From Podarcis filfolensis (Eukaryota): DNA of 64,000 nt. The number at the start of each line of letters is the position of its first letter. Position 1 is the first letter of the stretch. Where the stretch lies: the NCBI GenBank assembly GCA_964270895.1, contig OZ185440.1; one strand, given 5' to 3'. Shown piece after piece: positions 51,241-63,779 of this stretch. The position numbers and the translations under genes were made by a program. The notes under the pieces are model-generated. The model was not told the origin of the DNA and did not search any database. It saw nothing but the letters and a program-made list of their open reading frames with translations.

Positions 51241-52511
51241 TGCATCTTTATTGCAAAATGTGAAAAGATGGGTGAAATGTGTAACAAAGGTCATGAAAAC
51301 CATGAGCCCGGCAAACGGAAGGCATCTAATCAAACCAGCAGAATGACACAATAACATTGCAAACCCTCCGCTGAAGGATGTGAACTGTCCAGCTGTTTTG
51401 CAGCAGGGACGGAAAACCTGTGACCCTCCAGATGTTGCTCGACTGGACTCCCAATTGTCACCATCCCTCACGCAAGAGCCGGTTGGATCAGGCCAGCAGC
51501 CCGTCTAGCCCAGCAACCTGTTCCAATATTGGCCAACCAGATGCCTATGGCTATTAGCCCCTGTGCTAGGATGCCCAATGTCTGTAGGCATATGGTTGGC
51601 TGCTAGCACCACCTACCCCACCCCACCCCACCGCATAATTTCACATGCCTGCAATGCAGGCAGTTTCCAGGCCACAGTCTACGACTACTACTATTTATTT
51701 TCTTGCATGCCTCTTGTACTTCTAAGCAGCTGCACAACAGACAGGAGATTCAGCAGGGGAAGCTATACCCATCTCCATGCAGGAATAAGCTTCACCTGTT
51801 AACCATCTTGTCCTTTCCCTCAGCCAGCCCTGCATCTACTTCATTTCCCTCACGTAAGATGGGTAGATGTGTCCAATTCAGAATGATGTGTAGGGATTTG
51901 TAGCCTAAGGCACTGGGAATTACCTTGCATTGGCAACCATAACTATTGTCAGCTTTCCTAGTTTGGCATAGTGTGCTTTTCCACACCTCTTATCCCTCCG
52001 TTACTCTTATTTTTCCTGGAAGTAAGAAGCATTGATAGGGCAGGTTGAGCAGTCTAAACTAAGCTATTTCAGCTGCAGACTAATGTGAAGAGTCAAAGCA
52101 GCTTGTGTAATAACCTGTAAGCAGAGAGTCTTATTAACACAGAGGAATAGCTGCTTGAGCATGCCCTAAGGCCCCTGCAAAAATACTTGGGGCTAGAAAA
52201 GGGGAATGGCAGAGGGAGAATTAACAATGCTTTATGCAGAGGAAGCAAAAGGCACATGAACGGGGTGGCTGCAAGAAAAATGAACGGAGACAAGAAGACA
52301 GGGAACAAAGGATTTATAATGTTTCACAGGGCTATCATTTCCTCCTCTAATACATTTTAAATCCCCCTTTGTTCACCACCACAAATATCTCAAGGTTCAT
52401 GCTGGAAACATCCTTGCACTTTAGGAGCTGCCTATTGGCTCCACCTTTTTAGTTCTAGCTTACTGAATGGCTGGCTCCATTTACAATAAGAGTATCTGTA
52501 GAACTACCTGC

Positions 52512-52690
52512 AACATGGGAAACTGCCTTATACTGAGTCAGACCATTGGCCCATCTAGTTCAGTGCTGTCTACCTTGATTGGCATCAGCTCTCCTGGGTT
52601 TCAGGCAGGGACCTCAGCCCCACCTGGAAATTGAACCAGGGACCTTCTGCATGCAAAGCAGATGCTCTATCTGAGCTACAGCTGACCCCC
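52512..52690 (-). mobile_element. tRNA-derived SINE (Squam2-like)
   Basis: Minus strand: ctgtagctcagatagagcatctgctttgcatgcagaaggtccctggttcaattt ... gtctgactcagtataaggcag. Confidence 0.8.
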
Positions 52691-52801
52691 AAATTGGAAT
52701 TGCAGCTTCCTACACCTTTGACCACCAAGAAGCCTCCAGTTCCCTTTTCTATAAAACACAAACAAATTGGGTCCTCTGTGCAAGGTGTCACATAGTAGTC
52801 T

Positions 52802-52804
<3 letters not shown>

Positions 52805-52836
<32 letters not shown>

Positions 52837-52858
52837 ACTCACACACACACACACACAC
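52805..52858. repeat. Compound (CT)n(CA)n microsatellite
   Basis: Direct reading. Confidence 0.93.
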
Positions 52859-53913
52859 CTATCATCTCCCACACAACAGCAACATTGCATGGTACACCAC
52901 TTTGCTTGGAAGTAGGGTAAATAAACCAAGGCTAGTCAGACTAGTTTAGCCTGTTGCATTGGATTATAATTGCAACTCCATAATAGTAATTACTATGTAT
53001 CAGCAAAATATGGTATGCAACTTCCTTAACTGGATTTAGGAGCGCACATAAATTACTTTTTGTGACAGCTATGCAGGATATTGGCATGCCATATCTAGCA
53101 ACAGTGGCTGTTGACATAACCCTGATTGTGTCAGTGAATTACCTTGAAGCAGGTTGGGATGCCCTGTCCTTATTGACTCAAAAGCAGTGCTTTTAGTGAA
53201 CCAACCAGAGGCTTCGACTCCAGTCCCAACATGCACACACAGAAGGTATTTCTGCACACTCATGATTCCCCCCTCTGCAGATTCCCCCCTCTGCAAATGT
53301 AGTCTCTCCACACCCTCCAAAGCCACTGAATCGTTCTCCAACCTTCAGGAGATAATTTTTAAGGGTGTATGGTGTTGTTGCAATGAAGAGTGCAAACAAG
53401 GCCCCCTTCTATGAGCCAAAGCAACCTCACTCTACTTTTAGGTCCAAACCATTATGAGCATCACTATAAAATTAGGTGCAATATTGGGCTGGTAACTGAA
53501 TGCCTATTTTCTAAAACAAAGGTGTTATTTTATTCTTGCAGTGTCTGTTAACTGCAAAGCAATTTTCAGCTAGAGGCACACTTACGAAAAATGTAGACAA
53601 ACTTGATTCTTGATTTGTGGGAGGTAGGAAGCCACAGATTATTTGCAAAACATGACTTATAGGAAAAGGCTGATAAACAAAGGAAGCACATTTGTACATA
53701 TAAGAGGCAAGGATAATTTTACTCAGTGGCCACCTGAAAGAAACTTGTTTCTGTTTGAAAAATACTGAACATTCTACTTTGTCAGGTTCTCTCTCCCTTG
53801 TAATTTCAGCCAGTGCCTAGCAGGATAGCAGAAAGCTGCTAGAGGAAGCCAAATATTATCACAAACTGTTGTGTTTGCAAGTTAGAATTAAATGCCTAAC
53901 CAAATTGCTCTCT

Positions 53914-53930
53914 TAGATAGATAGATAGAC

Positions 53931-53967
<37 letters not shown>
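53914..53967. repeat. (GATA)n tetranucleotide microsatellite
   Basis: Direct reading. Confidence 0.95.
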
Positions 53968-56900
53968 TCTCCACATTCAATTCATTATGGCCCAAAGTAA
54001 TTTTCTTGAAGGGCAAAGGTGCAGGTTACCTTGTTTTCCATTGGCTACATCTCCAATTAAACTACAGATGGTGAAGGAATCATGATCAGGTGTGAACCAG
54101 ACAATATTTTTACTCTCCAAAGGATACAATATCTGATGTATTTTCCATGTCATGGATCTCTCTTTGGTGGACTAGGGAGGACTGACTGGCAGTTTCTCTA
54201 CACAGATTCTATTGTTTACCTTTACCTTACCTACTGGCAAGTGAAGGCATTTCCATCTCCTGTTGCTAATACTGACTGACATTTACACTTTTGATTGTGT
54301 TGTTTTAGCCCAGGGAAGAACTTCAGGCCAAGCTCCTTTATCTGGGCCTCGAAACTCTCCCCAAGACACACCCCTCCCTGGCCCTGCTTCACTCTGCATT
54401 GGTTTCTGCCCATAGGGAATGCGTTCTTACACCTCTGTCCTAAGTCCAGATAAGTACGTGTGCATTTAGAAACTAGCTGACTGTGACCCTTTGTAACATT
54501 TACCTCCATCCATCCACTTTTCCTTCCAGACCCGTTCACTCACACACAAGCCCCAAAATGTTGCCCAAAAGGATATGATGCCATTTGGCTAAAAACGGTT
54601 TCCCAACCTTGCTTTACTCAAAGACCCAAATTAAATAAAAACAATTCATTTATTTGGAGCATTTGTACTCCACTCTTCAGCTAAAAATGTTCACAGAGTG
54701 GCTTACATATAATCAATGAAAACAAGGCAGACTTTGCCTGCAGGCTTACCATCTCAAAACACAAGGGGCAAGGGAGAAAAGACCAAAAAGCAACTCAGGT
54801 GCCAATTATTAAAGATTAGTTTTCACAATGACCAGCTGGCCTAGAAACAGCTCAGAGGCAGGAGGCACCTGATGGAGCTGGTCTTTTGGCTGGTTGATGG
54901 AATGAGCCCTGCTTCCTAACTCTCCCACTGTGGCAGCCTGATGGAATGGCTGCTGCCTGGTGGTAGTTGAGGGAGAGGAGGCCTAATAGAGTAGACATGT
55001 ATAGGATTGTACTGTTGCAGTGGTAACAGCTTGAATTGTACTTTTAACTTACTGTATTTCATATTGTGTGTCCTAGACTATATTTTAGAGAAAAGCTAAT
55101 TACTAATTAGGTTTGAAAACAGGCTCGCTTTTGTCATTCTCATGTATGAAGGAGAATGTGTACATTTTGTTTCAGTCAATGACTGAAATAAATCTTGGTT
55201 TTACAAAGTTAAACATAGGCATTTATGAAATTCTTAAAGGTTTAATTGGTTTGATAAACATGGTTGCACTAGACACCTATTTATAGCCAGCATATGCCAA
55301 TTTCAGTTCCCTTTACTCAGCCTAATTTGCAGATAAATACAGAACGTAACTTGCAATGGTCCAAGTGGTTAATCAGCAAACAATGGTACTGGCCAATGGT
55401 AAAGTAAGTCCATAAATTATCCACGGTACAAAAAGTGCCACAACATATAAAATTGCCTCAAAACATTTATTTCAGGAAAATGAACAAATATACATATTTA
55501 ATACCTGAGAGGTAAAGACAAGATTGAATTCACTGATCAGAGCAGGCAGATAAGATGGCAAACAATAGCACAACAGCTCTGTAACTCACTTACGTACATT
55601 GTAACATCCCTCAAGGGTATTTACAAAATAATCCAGAATCTATGCACGGACTGAGCACATGTTGCCGCTCATAACAAGAGCCTGTTTGATTCTGAAGGTG
55701 GCACTGATGGCATATATTTAAGGCATAACACTGCAAAGTGATGATATACAGGTGAATCTGTCCCGCTGATTAGGTTATGTTTGCATAATGCACAAAAGCA
55801 GCAGCTCTTTTATCAGCTCAGTCTTCAAAGTAAAACTGACTGGTAAGGATTTAAAAACACCAAAAGATGAATTTGAAGAATAAACCCGGCTCTCATCTCC
55901 ACCACACTGATGGGGAAAGATGATAAACATGGAGAAAGGACATGTGCCGCAAGCTCAAGTCAACACTGAGCAATTGATCCTACTCTGAAACTTACCTGTA
56001 GAAAGCAGAAACACTGAAATATCTTCTTTCCCATTCATTATGGTTTACAACACCTTAGCAATAGGCAATATGCTGTACAATATGCTGGAAGCATGCTATG
56101 GGACAAATACATTTATACACATGTGACCACACAGGCTAGACATGTCTCCAGTTCTAGCTCCACAATCACAAGCACAATGTTGAGACAGTCATAGAATCTA
56201 TCAGGTATGAGGATGTGAGAGTCTGCAAGCGAGCAGCTAAGAAGAACACACAATAAACTGCAGAACACTATAAATGAAGACAGGACTTGGCTAGGTTCCT
56301 ATACAATCACTTTATAATTTATTTGTCTTCAAGTCCGTTTGGTGAATGCTTTCCTTAACTACTCAGCATGAAGACAAGATCTTCAATAAAGTACACAAAC
56401 AAGATTCCATGCAGCACCCATCTGAAGTCTCAAGTAGAAGAAAAGGGGGGAAATCTAGAAACAGCAGCATTTTACTATCAATACCTCGCAAAGAGTAAAT
56501 TTTGAAATACTTAGCATGAAGTTCCAAAGGATGCTGCTTTTGGAAGAGTCATCATTCTAGATCATTTCAGTACTATGTAAACATGAATAGATGGGGCATG
56601 ATTTCTTCCCCATGCAAGAGCAATGCCTGCACACAGAGGAGTCTCCAAGGGATTTAACAGATATCTTGCCCCCTGACCCTCAACAAGCAATTACAAGGAA
56701 TTTGAGGTCTGTACATGCCAGCTCTGCTCAGTGAAGGAACATGACCTCAGATTCCTTGAGTTGGGGAGGGAGAGGGAAAAGAGGAATGGATGGAAATGCA
56801 TGAGACATTCAAGGACCTCCATAATGGTATGGCATGTTAGACAGGGTGCTAAATGCAAGATTCTGCTATACATTATGAGATCTCTCTGTGTGCAACCACT

Positions 56901-57491
56901 GCACTCACACATGTAGGGTTTCAGAGAATACTTTTACAGATAATTGTGCATTACTTTCTATATTGGTTGATGTATTCAAGAGAAGTAATTTTGGTACACA
57001 GTAGTTAAATGGAACCAAAATACTGCTTAGACGATTAATTAAATCAAATTAAGAACGGGAGTGCCTAAATTCTGCATGACAATTTATCTTAGGCATTATT
57101 TGCTTGAAAGTAAATAAACTTCTAAGAAAATAAGTCTGTTTGGACTATTTTGCTGCATTTCCTATAAAAGTCTGACTTTTAAAGAAATGTACTTACACTG
57201 GAAAAGCCAAAAGTGATCAAATTGTCCTATCCAACTGAGATTTCTGAAAGCAAGGATAACCCTGAGAAAGCATTTGCTTAGGACTACAGCTGCACGAGTA
57301 CTCCTCTGCATGATTAAGCAGGGCAAAGCTTAGCCTGCAGAGGGAGTCATTTCAGCAGCTATGCACAAAGCACAGTCTATAATATAGCAAAAGGCTGGAA
57401 TGATACCCAAACGGAGACATGAGGGAATTAAAAGAACAGCTTGTAAAATAAGCACACTCCTTCCTGCAGTGCAGTTTACCAGCTTCAGAGA

Positions 57492-57611
57492 TCAACTATT
57501 CAAAGGCAGTTGCTTTGTGGATTGAGAAGCACCATCAGGCATTTCTTCTTGCCTCACCTCGATAGATTCTCTGCTGATTGTTAAGAGTTTTCTCAACTCT
57601 TTATTTTCAAG
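57492..57611 (-). CDS. SIKE1: SIKE1 coding exon 5/5 (LENKELRKLLTISRESIEVRQEEMPDGASQSTKQLPLNS*)
   Basis: ttttatag|CTT GAA AAT AAA ... AGT TGA. Confidence 0.92.
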   Translation of the reverse strand, partial: LENKELRKLLTISRESIEVRQEEMPDGASQSTKQLPLNS

Positions 57612-58904
57612 CTATAAAACCAATAAAAACAGTTTCAAACCTATGAGCAAAGCAGTGACAGTTATATAAGTACTAATATAAGATAGTACTAAATCCAGAC
57701 CCTTGGCAAATGTAAATAAACAAATAAATATTGGTCTCATTTATTAGACAAAAATAGCAAGAGAAAACATTAATGATTTACAGATCCATTTCTATCAGCA
57801 CTTTCACAAGTTGTGTTGTACTAAACCTGTGTTGGCCAAGTTGGTAATTGCCAGCTTGGTGATCTAACATCCATTTTAAGAACTGCTCAAACTCCTATTC
57901 TGGACACAGCCTGGGGCTTATATGTATTTCTTCTCTGTTGCCATGACAACAAGAACCTAGCAAGCACACACACAGCTTCCTGGCCTAGTTATTTATTGAC
58001 CACCAACCTTGAATGTCCTTTAAATGCTCTGCAAGAATTTTTCAAGAGAGCCAAGATCACCCCATTGCTGCCAAGTAGCCACCTTATTATTCCTGGTTCT
58101 GTTCAAATTGTTCAATGATTTAGTGTTTATACCAAAGCGAAACTGTCAACGTAAGACTCCCTCAGTGGCTTTTTATAAGCTTGCCACTTAAGATATTGAT
58201 TGGTCCAGTTTACCAGGAGAGGGGCACACACACATTCTGTCCAATCCTGAATGTTTTCCTAAAGAGCAGGACTCTAATCCCCATCTCCTGTGGAAGCTGT
58301 TTTCCTACAGCAAAAGGACACATGTGGCCAGATTATAATATCAGACTGACAGATCCTTTGTTTGGAGATTGGTTTCCTGGTTTGGTTGTCATGATTATCT
58401 CTCATTAAGAGTGACAAACAGGGACAACTGCTCATAGAGAAATCCAGGACTTAAATTGTTGTACTAATTTAGCAGCAGCATGCTTCTTCAAACCAAGGCC
58501 AACTTGTCTGGAGAATGAAGTTTTAAAAAATACACTAAAATGGTGCCAATACAAAAGCTATCCAGTGTTATTATCCTCATATTGCTGGTTTGGTGAGATA
58601 GTTTTTCACAACAATGATGTACCTTCGTATTTAAGTTTCCATTAAAGGCAGCTAGAAAAAAATATATCTAGCAACCATTTGGAGTGGCTGCAGTAATTGA
58701 TCCTGGTTTGGTCTTTTTAAAAAACGGAGGCTTTGCTCAAGTTTCCTACACATAAATGCAGAGAAATCCAAATGACCTGGGGTGCTGTGGGGTGGAGGGG
58801 AGCGGTGAACCCACTATGGATCATCTGAAGCCCTGGAATGGGGCAGTTGAATTTAGACCCCTTGGGGGATTCATGGGGCTTTGGTCCAGCACATTGAAAG
58901 CCAC

Positions 58905-59152
58905 AGATACCACAGTGTGGTGCAGTGGTTAAGAGCGGTGGACTCGTAATCTGGTGAACCAAGTTCGCTTCCCCGCTCCTCCACATGCAGCTGCTGGGTG
59001 ACCTTGGGCCAGTCACACTTCTCTGAAGTCTCTCAGCCTCACTTACCTCACAGAGTGTTTGTTGTGGGGGAGGAAGGGAAAGGAGAATGTTAGCCACTTT
59101 GAGACTCCTTAGGGTAGTGATAAAGCAGGATATCAAATCCAAACTCCTCCTC
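58905..59152 (+). mobile_element. tRNA-derived CORE-type SINE (Squam3-like)
   Basis: gtgtggtgcagtggttaagagc A box; CORE-like gggtgaccttgggccagtcac. Confidence 0.85.
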
Positions 59153-59905
59153 CGCCAAACAAAAACATCCTGTTTCAGAACTTTCTGTTGACTATCTAGG
59201 CAGAAAAACCACTGGTGGCAGCTCTCCACCTGACTAGGTGACCCTAGGGCCATCTGGCAACATTCCTCCTTGCCAATGGAAAAGTACCCCGCTCCTCCCA
59301 CAATAAACTGTAGTGAGGTGTCATCAGTACTATGGTGATACCAAGCTCCATTTCTCTGTAACATCTGAATTGGGAGTGGTTGTGTAGGCCCCAAACCACA
59401 GTCTGGGTTCAGTGATGGGCTGGATGAGGGTTAATAAACTAAGTTTGAATCCTGTTTTGTGGAATAACATCCCTATTGAGGGGTGTTTGTACTGAGGATA
59501 GTTTTGTTTGAACAAGCTTTTCCAGCTGGATGAAAAGGTTTCTATTTTAGAGGTTTATTTTGCATTATTTTTAAACCCATCTTTAGTTGTTTTTGTTCAG
59601 CTTGTAAAACTATTTTAGCTGTTTTTATTGTATGTCTGTAAACTGCCTTCGGACTCATGTAAAAAGCAGCGCATAAAATAATAATAATTTTTAGAGGTGC
59701 TGAAACATTACCACTATTGGCACTTGCCTGAGGAGCTTGGAGTCATGGCAGTTCCTTAAGGAGGGAATTGAAAGGAAAATAAAATGAACCATAAGTTTCA
59801 TTTTATTTGCTTTTCAGTGTTCACAGACAGTGCCATTCTACTTTCACAGGCTCCCTCTGCAACTGACTTTCAAAGCAGAAATATATAAAAATATTAATAA
59901 AAATT

Positions 59906-60038
59906 GTCCAGTAGCACCTTAGAGACCAACTAATTTTGTTCTTGGTATGAGCTTTCGTGTGCATGGACACTTCTTCAGCTTCTTCAGATATGAAAGCTCA
60001 TACCAAGAAGAAACATAGTTGGTCTCTAAGGTGCTACT

Positions 60039-60090
<52 letters not shown>

Positions 60091-60120
60091 TGCGTCAGAC
60101 CAACATGGCTACCTACCTGA
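59906..60120. mobile_element. Penelope-like element remnant in tail-to-tail inverted arrangement, with a hammerhead-like core and (AT)n at 60043-60089
   Basis: 51-bp inverted arms (59906-59956 / 59992-60042, 3 mismatches) beginning gtccagtagcaccttagagaccaac; family assignment from recalled reptile Penelope consensus. Confidence 0.7.
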
Positions 60121-60664
60121 CTTTCAGAGGGGAGGGATAAGCTAAGATTCTGATTATCCACCTCAACTGCTGTATCTTAATCATGTGAGAAAGCTTCAGC
60201 GGTTGCATGGTGCTCCTTGCTGTACCTAGTCGTAAGGTTCTACTGAATGCTGTATCCCCCAATTAACCTGCTTAATTGCCAACTTGAAACCGTATTTTCA
60301 TACTATGCAGCGTTACCCTTTTCCCCTCCAGTAAATTCATGTGTCCCATATCAGAGTGAAGCAACAGAATTTTCAGTAATTCAAGCCTGACTCAAAGAGT
60401 TGCGGCCTCTTAACTTGCAGTTTTAAGGGCTTTGATACGGAGCAGCATTCTGCAAGTGCAGATTCTACTTTCATGATGCTCAGCTGCCAGCTTTCCTATC
60501 TCATCAGCTGTACCAGGACTACAGCAGGAGGACTTCAAGGCAGGCATTGGCTTTTAACAAAGCAGCAATCAACTCTAGTTTAGGCTTGGAGGCGGAAATA
60601 ACCCTTTGACAAGGCACAAGCCTCCCTGTTTTCTATCCCCAACTACAGTTGTTCAGCATCTTAC

Positions 60665-60778
60665 CTCTAACTGTGCTAGCTTTTCTTGTATTTTATAATA
60701 CTGGTCATTGTCCACATGAACAGCTTTTCTTATTACGTCTCCCATCTCACAGATCCTGTCGATTTGACTCTCAATTTC
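60665..60778 (-). CDS. SIKE1: SIKE1 coding exon 4/5 (114 nt)
   Basis: cag|GAA ATT GAG AGT ... TTA GAG|gtaag; [38 protein letters not shown]. Confidence 0.95.
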
Positions 60779-61305
60779 CTGTAAGCAGATTTGAAAGCAA
60801 AATTATAAACTAATAAAAAGAAAAACAAGTTAAATCAGATATTTCCAAAGAAAAGTCAAAGAACACGGAACCAAAGAGTCATATCTACATCCTTCCCTCA
60901 CTGGACCTAGTGCTGCCATATTGTACATCTGAGCTTCTTCCTGAACTTTGCTCTACTGTGCCTTCTGTCATATTCCCATGTTGGTTCCCTTAACTGGCTG
61001 TGTGGTAAAACCAAAGTCTCATTTGCTGTCACAAACAGAGGAAAGGGATTGTTACAGAATGTGGCAGGAGGTACTGGAACTGCATGTTCTCCTGCTATCC
61101 CAGAAGGTTTAAGAGGGAAGGTCAGATCTTCAGGTTGCAATCTGACAGAATTAATTACAACATACTGGCTGCTTTAAGGTAGTGGTGGTGGTGAGAATCT
61201 CTTGGATCTTATAACTGGTATGTATTTTTGCAAGCAGTACAAAAACAAATTAAGGGTATCTCATGGCATTTTACAATACTGAAGTCACAAAGAACTGCAA
61301 TTATA

Positions 61306-61307
<2 letters not shown>

Positions 61308-61339
<32 letters not shown>
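61308..61339. repeat. (GT)n microsatellite
   Basis: Direct reading. Confidence 0.93.
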
Positions 61340-61340
<1 letters not shown>

Positions 61341-61621
61341 TATCAGGTAATTTTCTTTATAAGAATTCTAAGGAAGATACCTTGTGGATGAGTTGCAACA
61401 CTTTATTTTACAAAGAGAAGGCACTTGTGACCTGTGAGCACTAATGGAAGGAAGATGTTTCAGAAAACAAACTCTTGAGGAAAATGTAAAAAAGGCAAGA
61501 AAAAAACATCATTGGAACAGAGGACAACAACTAAGCCACTCATCTTTATTGCTATTGAAAACTTATTCTTTTTATTCCAGAAAGAAGATAATAGAAAGGA
61601 AGGAAGATAATAATTCCTTAC

Positions 61622-61764
61622 TGCAGACTGAGCTTGATGCACTTTCAAAATTGGCTGAGCATCCACATCTTTTCTTTTCATCATCAGCTGTAACATGTGT
61701 TTCCTATATTTGCTCATAATAAGTTCCAAAGCATCCTGGTGTTCTTCCAAAGAAACCCACAGTT
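61622..61764 (-). CDS. SIKE1: SIKE1 coding exon 3/5 (143 nt; [21 protein letters not shown])
   Basis: cag|AA CTG TGG ... TCT GCA|gtaagg. Confidence 0.96.
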
Positions 61765-63019
61765 CTGAAAAATAGAACACAAATTCCATGCAAATACAAG
61801 GAAGAAACTCCATATTGTAAGGTCACATTAAGACTGTATAACTTCCCTGTGCATCCTACCTCTCCATCTTCTATACATACAATAATTTTCAAATCCTTAC
61901 GTTTTCTTAGCCCACTGGTGCCTTATGAACACGATTTCTTACTCTTATTTTAAGAATTAAATTTTCTGAAATTTCAAGAAATTCCTTATGGATCTGGCCT
62001 TCCTTAACTGTACAGTACTTCACCTATTGATTCAAACTCTGGATATATGTGCAGCACTTATTCAGCTTTGTTTCCAGACCAATACTGTGCACATCTACTT
62101 GGATATAAGCCCCATTTTGTTCAAGATGTGTCTGCTCAGGATGGCAGTCTTGGGAAATCCTACTGTCGCTATCATGCTCTCAAGAGCCGATCCATCTGAC
62201 ATACATTAATGGCCAGCACACAAAGGCTGTAAACTGCAGTCTTTGTGTACTGAACTGAATTAGGTGTTAATTCAGCCCAAACATGCACAACTTAAATTTT
62301 TAGATTAGTTACAATTGGCAGAAACCATCAATTAGACTATATTGAAACTTTTACTGGCCCCAGCACCCTGACGTTTTCCAAAGTTTTAAAAGAAAAACTC
62401 ATCAATTCATGAAGTTTAAGGTACAGTAATAGATCATAAACATCAATACTGCCATGCTATTCAGGTTCAGACTGTATTTTGGAGGCAGTGGGGAAAGTGA
62501 TCAGGTTAAAGAATGGAAATGGGTGCCAGTTTTTAAAAAAGGACTGTAGGTGAAATGTGTGCATGCCATAGAAATAGAATTTTATTATCAAGCTTTAAAG
62601 ACAGATTTCACCAAGAATGCAATTGAATAAGGAACTGGTACTGAGAAGAATATTTGGGCAGTATCCAGATATATTTTTGTGCTACAGCACAAAATGTGGC
62701 ACTCGTCAGGTGCCAAACACCACTTAGTATGAAGGAATTACGGTAGATCAGTAGTCACACTTAAGACATTAGTCCCACAGAAATCAATAGAACGTAAAGT
62801 ATGTATGTTTAGGATTAGGGTGCTTGTGAAATGAGGAACCATATCCGAGGACTAATCCTGTTTAGAGCTGTGACTAGACCACACAGGCATGGGTTCTCTT
62901 TACATCCTTCAGTTCAAGACAATCATAAGTGGTGCAGGCTTGCATTATGTTCTGGTTAACCCTTGCAGCCAAACAAGTCACTTGAGGGCTCATAGTTACC
63001 TCGCTAACACAATGCTCAC

Positions 63020-63125
63020 CTCTGTTTTCCTGCTGCAAGTCTCTGATCTGAGTGTTCTCCTGAGATAGCAGAATATGAGGTTTGTATTTAGACATGTCCT
63101 TCAGCTCAGCTCCGTCCTCTTGATA
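63020..63125 (-). CDS. SIKE1: SIKE1 coding exon 2/5 (106 nt)
   Basis: tttctttacaag|TAT CAA GAG ... AGA G|gtgagc (AAG acceptor). Confidence 0.95.
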
Positions 63126-63238
63126 CTTGTAAAGAAAAAATGGTCCATGTGAACCCAGAGCAGTCTAATAATATCCATACAACATTCCACTCACCCTGAC
63201 CCACGTTTTCACACCGACGCTGCTGGGTCCGTACTCAC

Positions 63239-63397
63239 CTTGTGCGAAAGAGGTGTGCCGGCCTCCTTCATGGACACAACCCGCTTGTGCAACATGGTGG
63301 ACTGGTCAATGAGAGACTCAGCTGCGTTGTCATGGTCTTTCAGCCTTTCCAGCAGGGTCCTTGCATCGGTCAGGATCTTCTCTATAGTACAGGCCAT
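63239..63397 (-). CDS. SIKE1: SIKE1 (suppressor of IKBKE 1) coding exon 1/5 (159 nt; [23 protein letters not shown]...); full CDS 642 nt = 213 aa
   Basis: ATG at 63397; donor AAG|gtgagt; SIKE/FGFR1OP2 family sequence; syntenic with CSDE1. Confidence 0.95.
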
Positions 63398-63480
63398 TGT
63401 CAGAGAACTGAAAGGAGAATGGATCGGGTTAAGATTCAAGAGCTATCAAAGGCAGGCTCAGAGTATATGAGGCTTTGAAA

Positions 63481-63675
63481 TATGTGGTGTAATGGTTAGA
63501 GTGTTGGAGCAGGACCTGGGAGATCAGGGTTCGAATCCCCCCTCAGCCATGAAGCTCACTGGATGACCTTGGGCCAGTCCCCATCGTTTAGCCTAACCTA
63601 CCTCACAGGGTTGTGGAGAGGATGAAGCCGAGAAGAAGAGAACCATGTACACCACATAAATGTAATAAATAAATA
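63481..63675 (+). mobile_element. tRNA-derived CORE-type SINE (Squam3-like)
   Basis: tgtggtgtaatggttagagtg A box, gggttcgaatccc B box, CORE, (taaa)n tail. Confidence 0.85.
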
Positions 63676-63779
63676 TTATGGTGGGGTGTTTTTTGGGAGG
63701 GCGGAGGTGTCTTCATATGAAAGCACTAGAGGAGGCTGGGACACAGAACTGGCCACACGACATGGGTGCCCCCAGCTCC

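Noticed and set aside
49824-51354. Many overlapping ORFs of 70-173 aa
   Set aside because: GC-rich CSDE1 CpG island; open frames occur in all six frames
58717-59394. 225-aa minus-strand ORF in a SIKE1 intron
   Set aside because: Runs antisense through a SINE; no recognisable protein features
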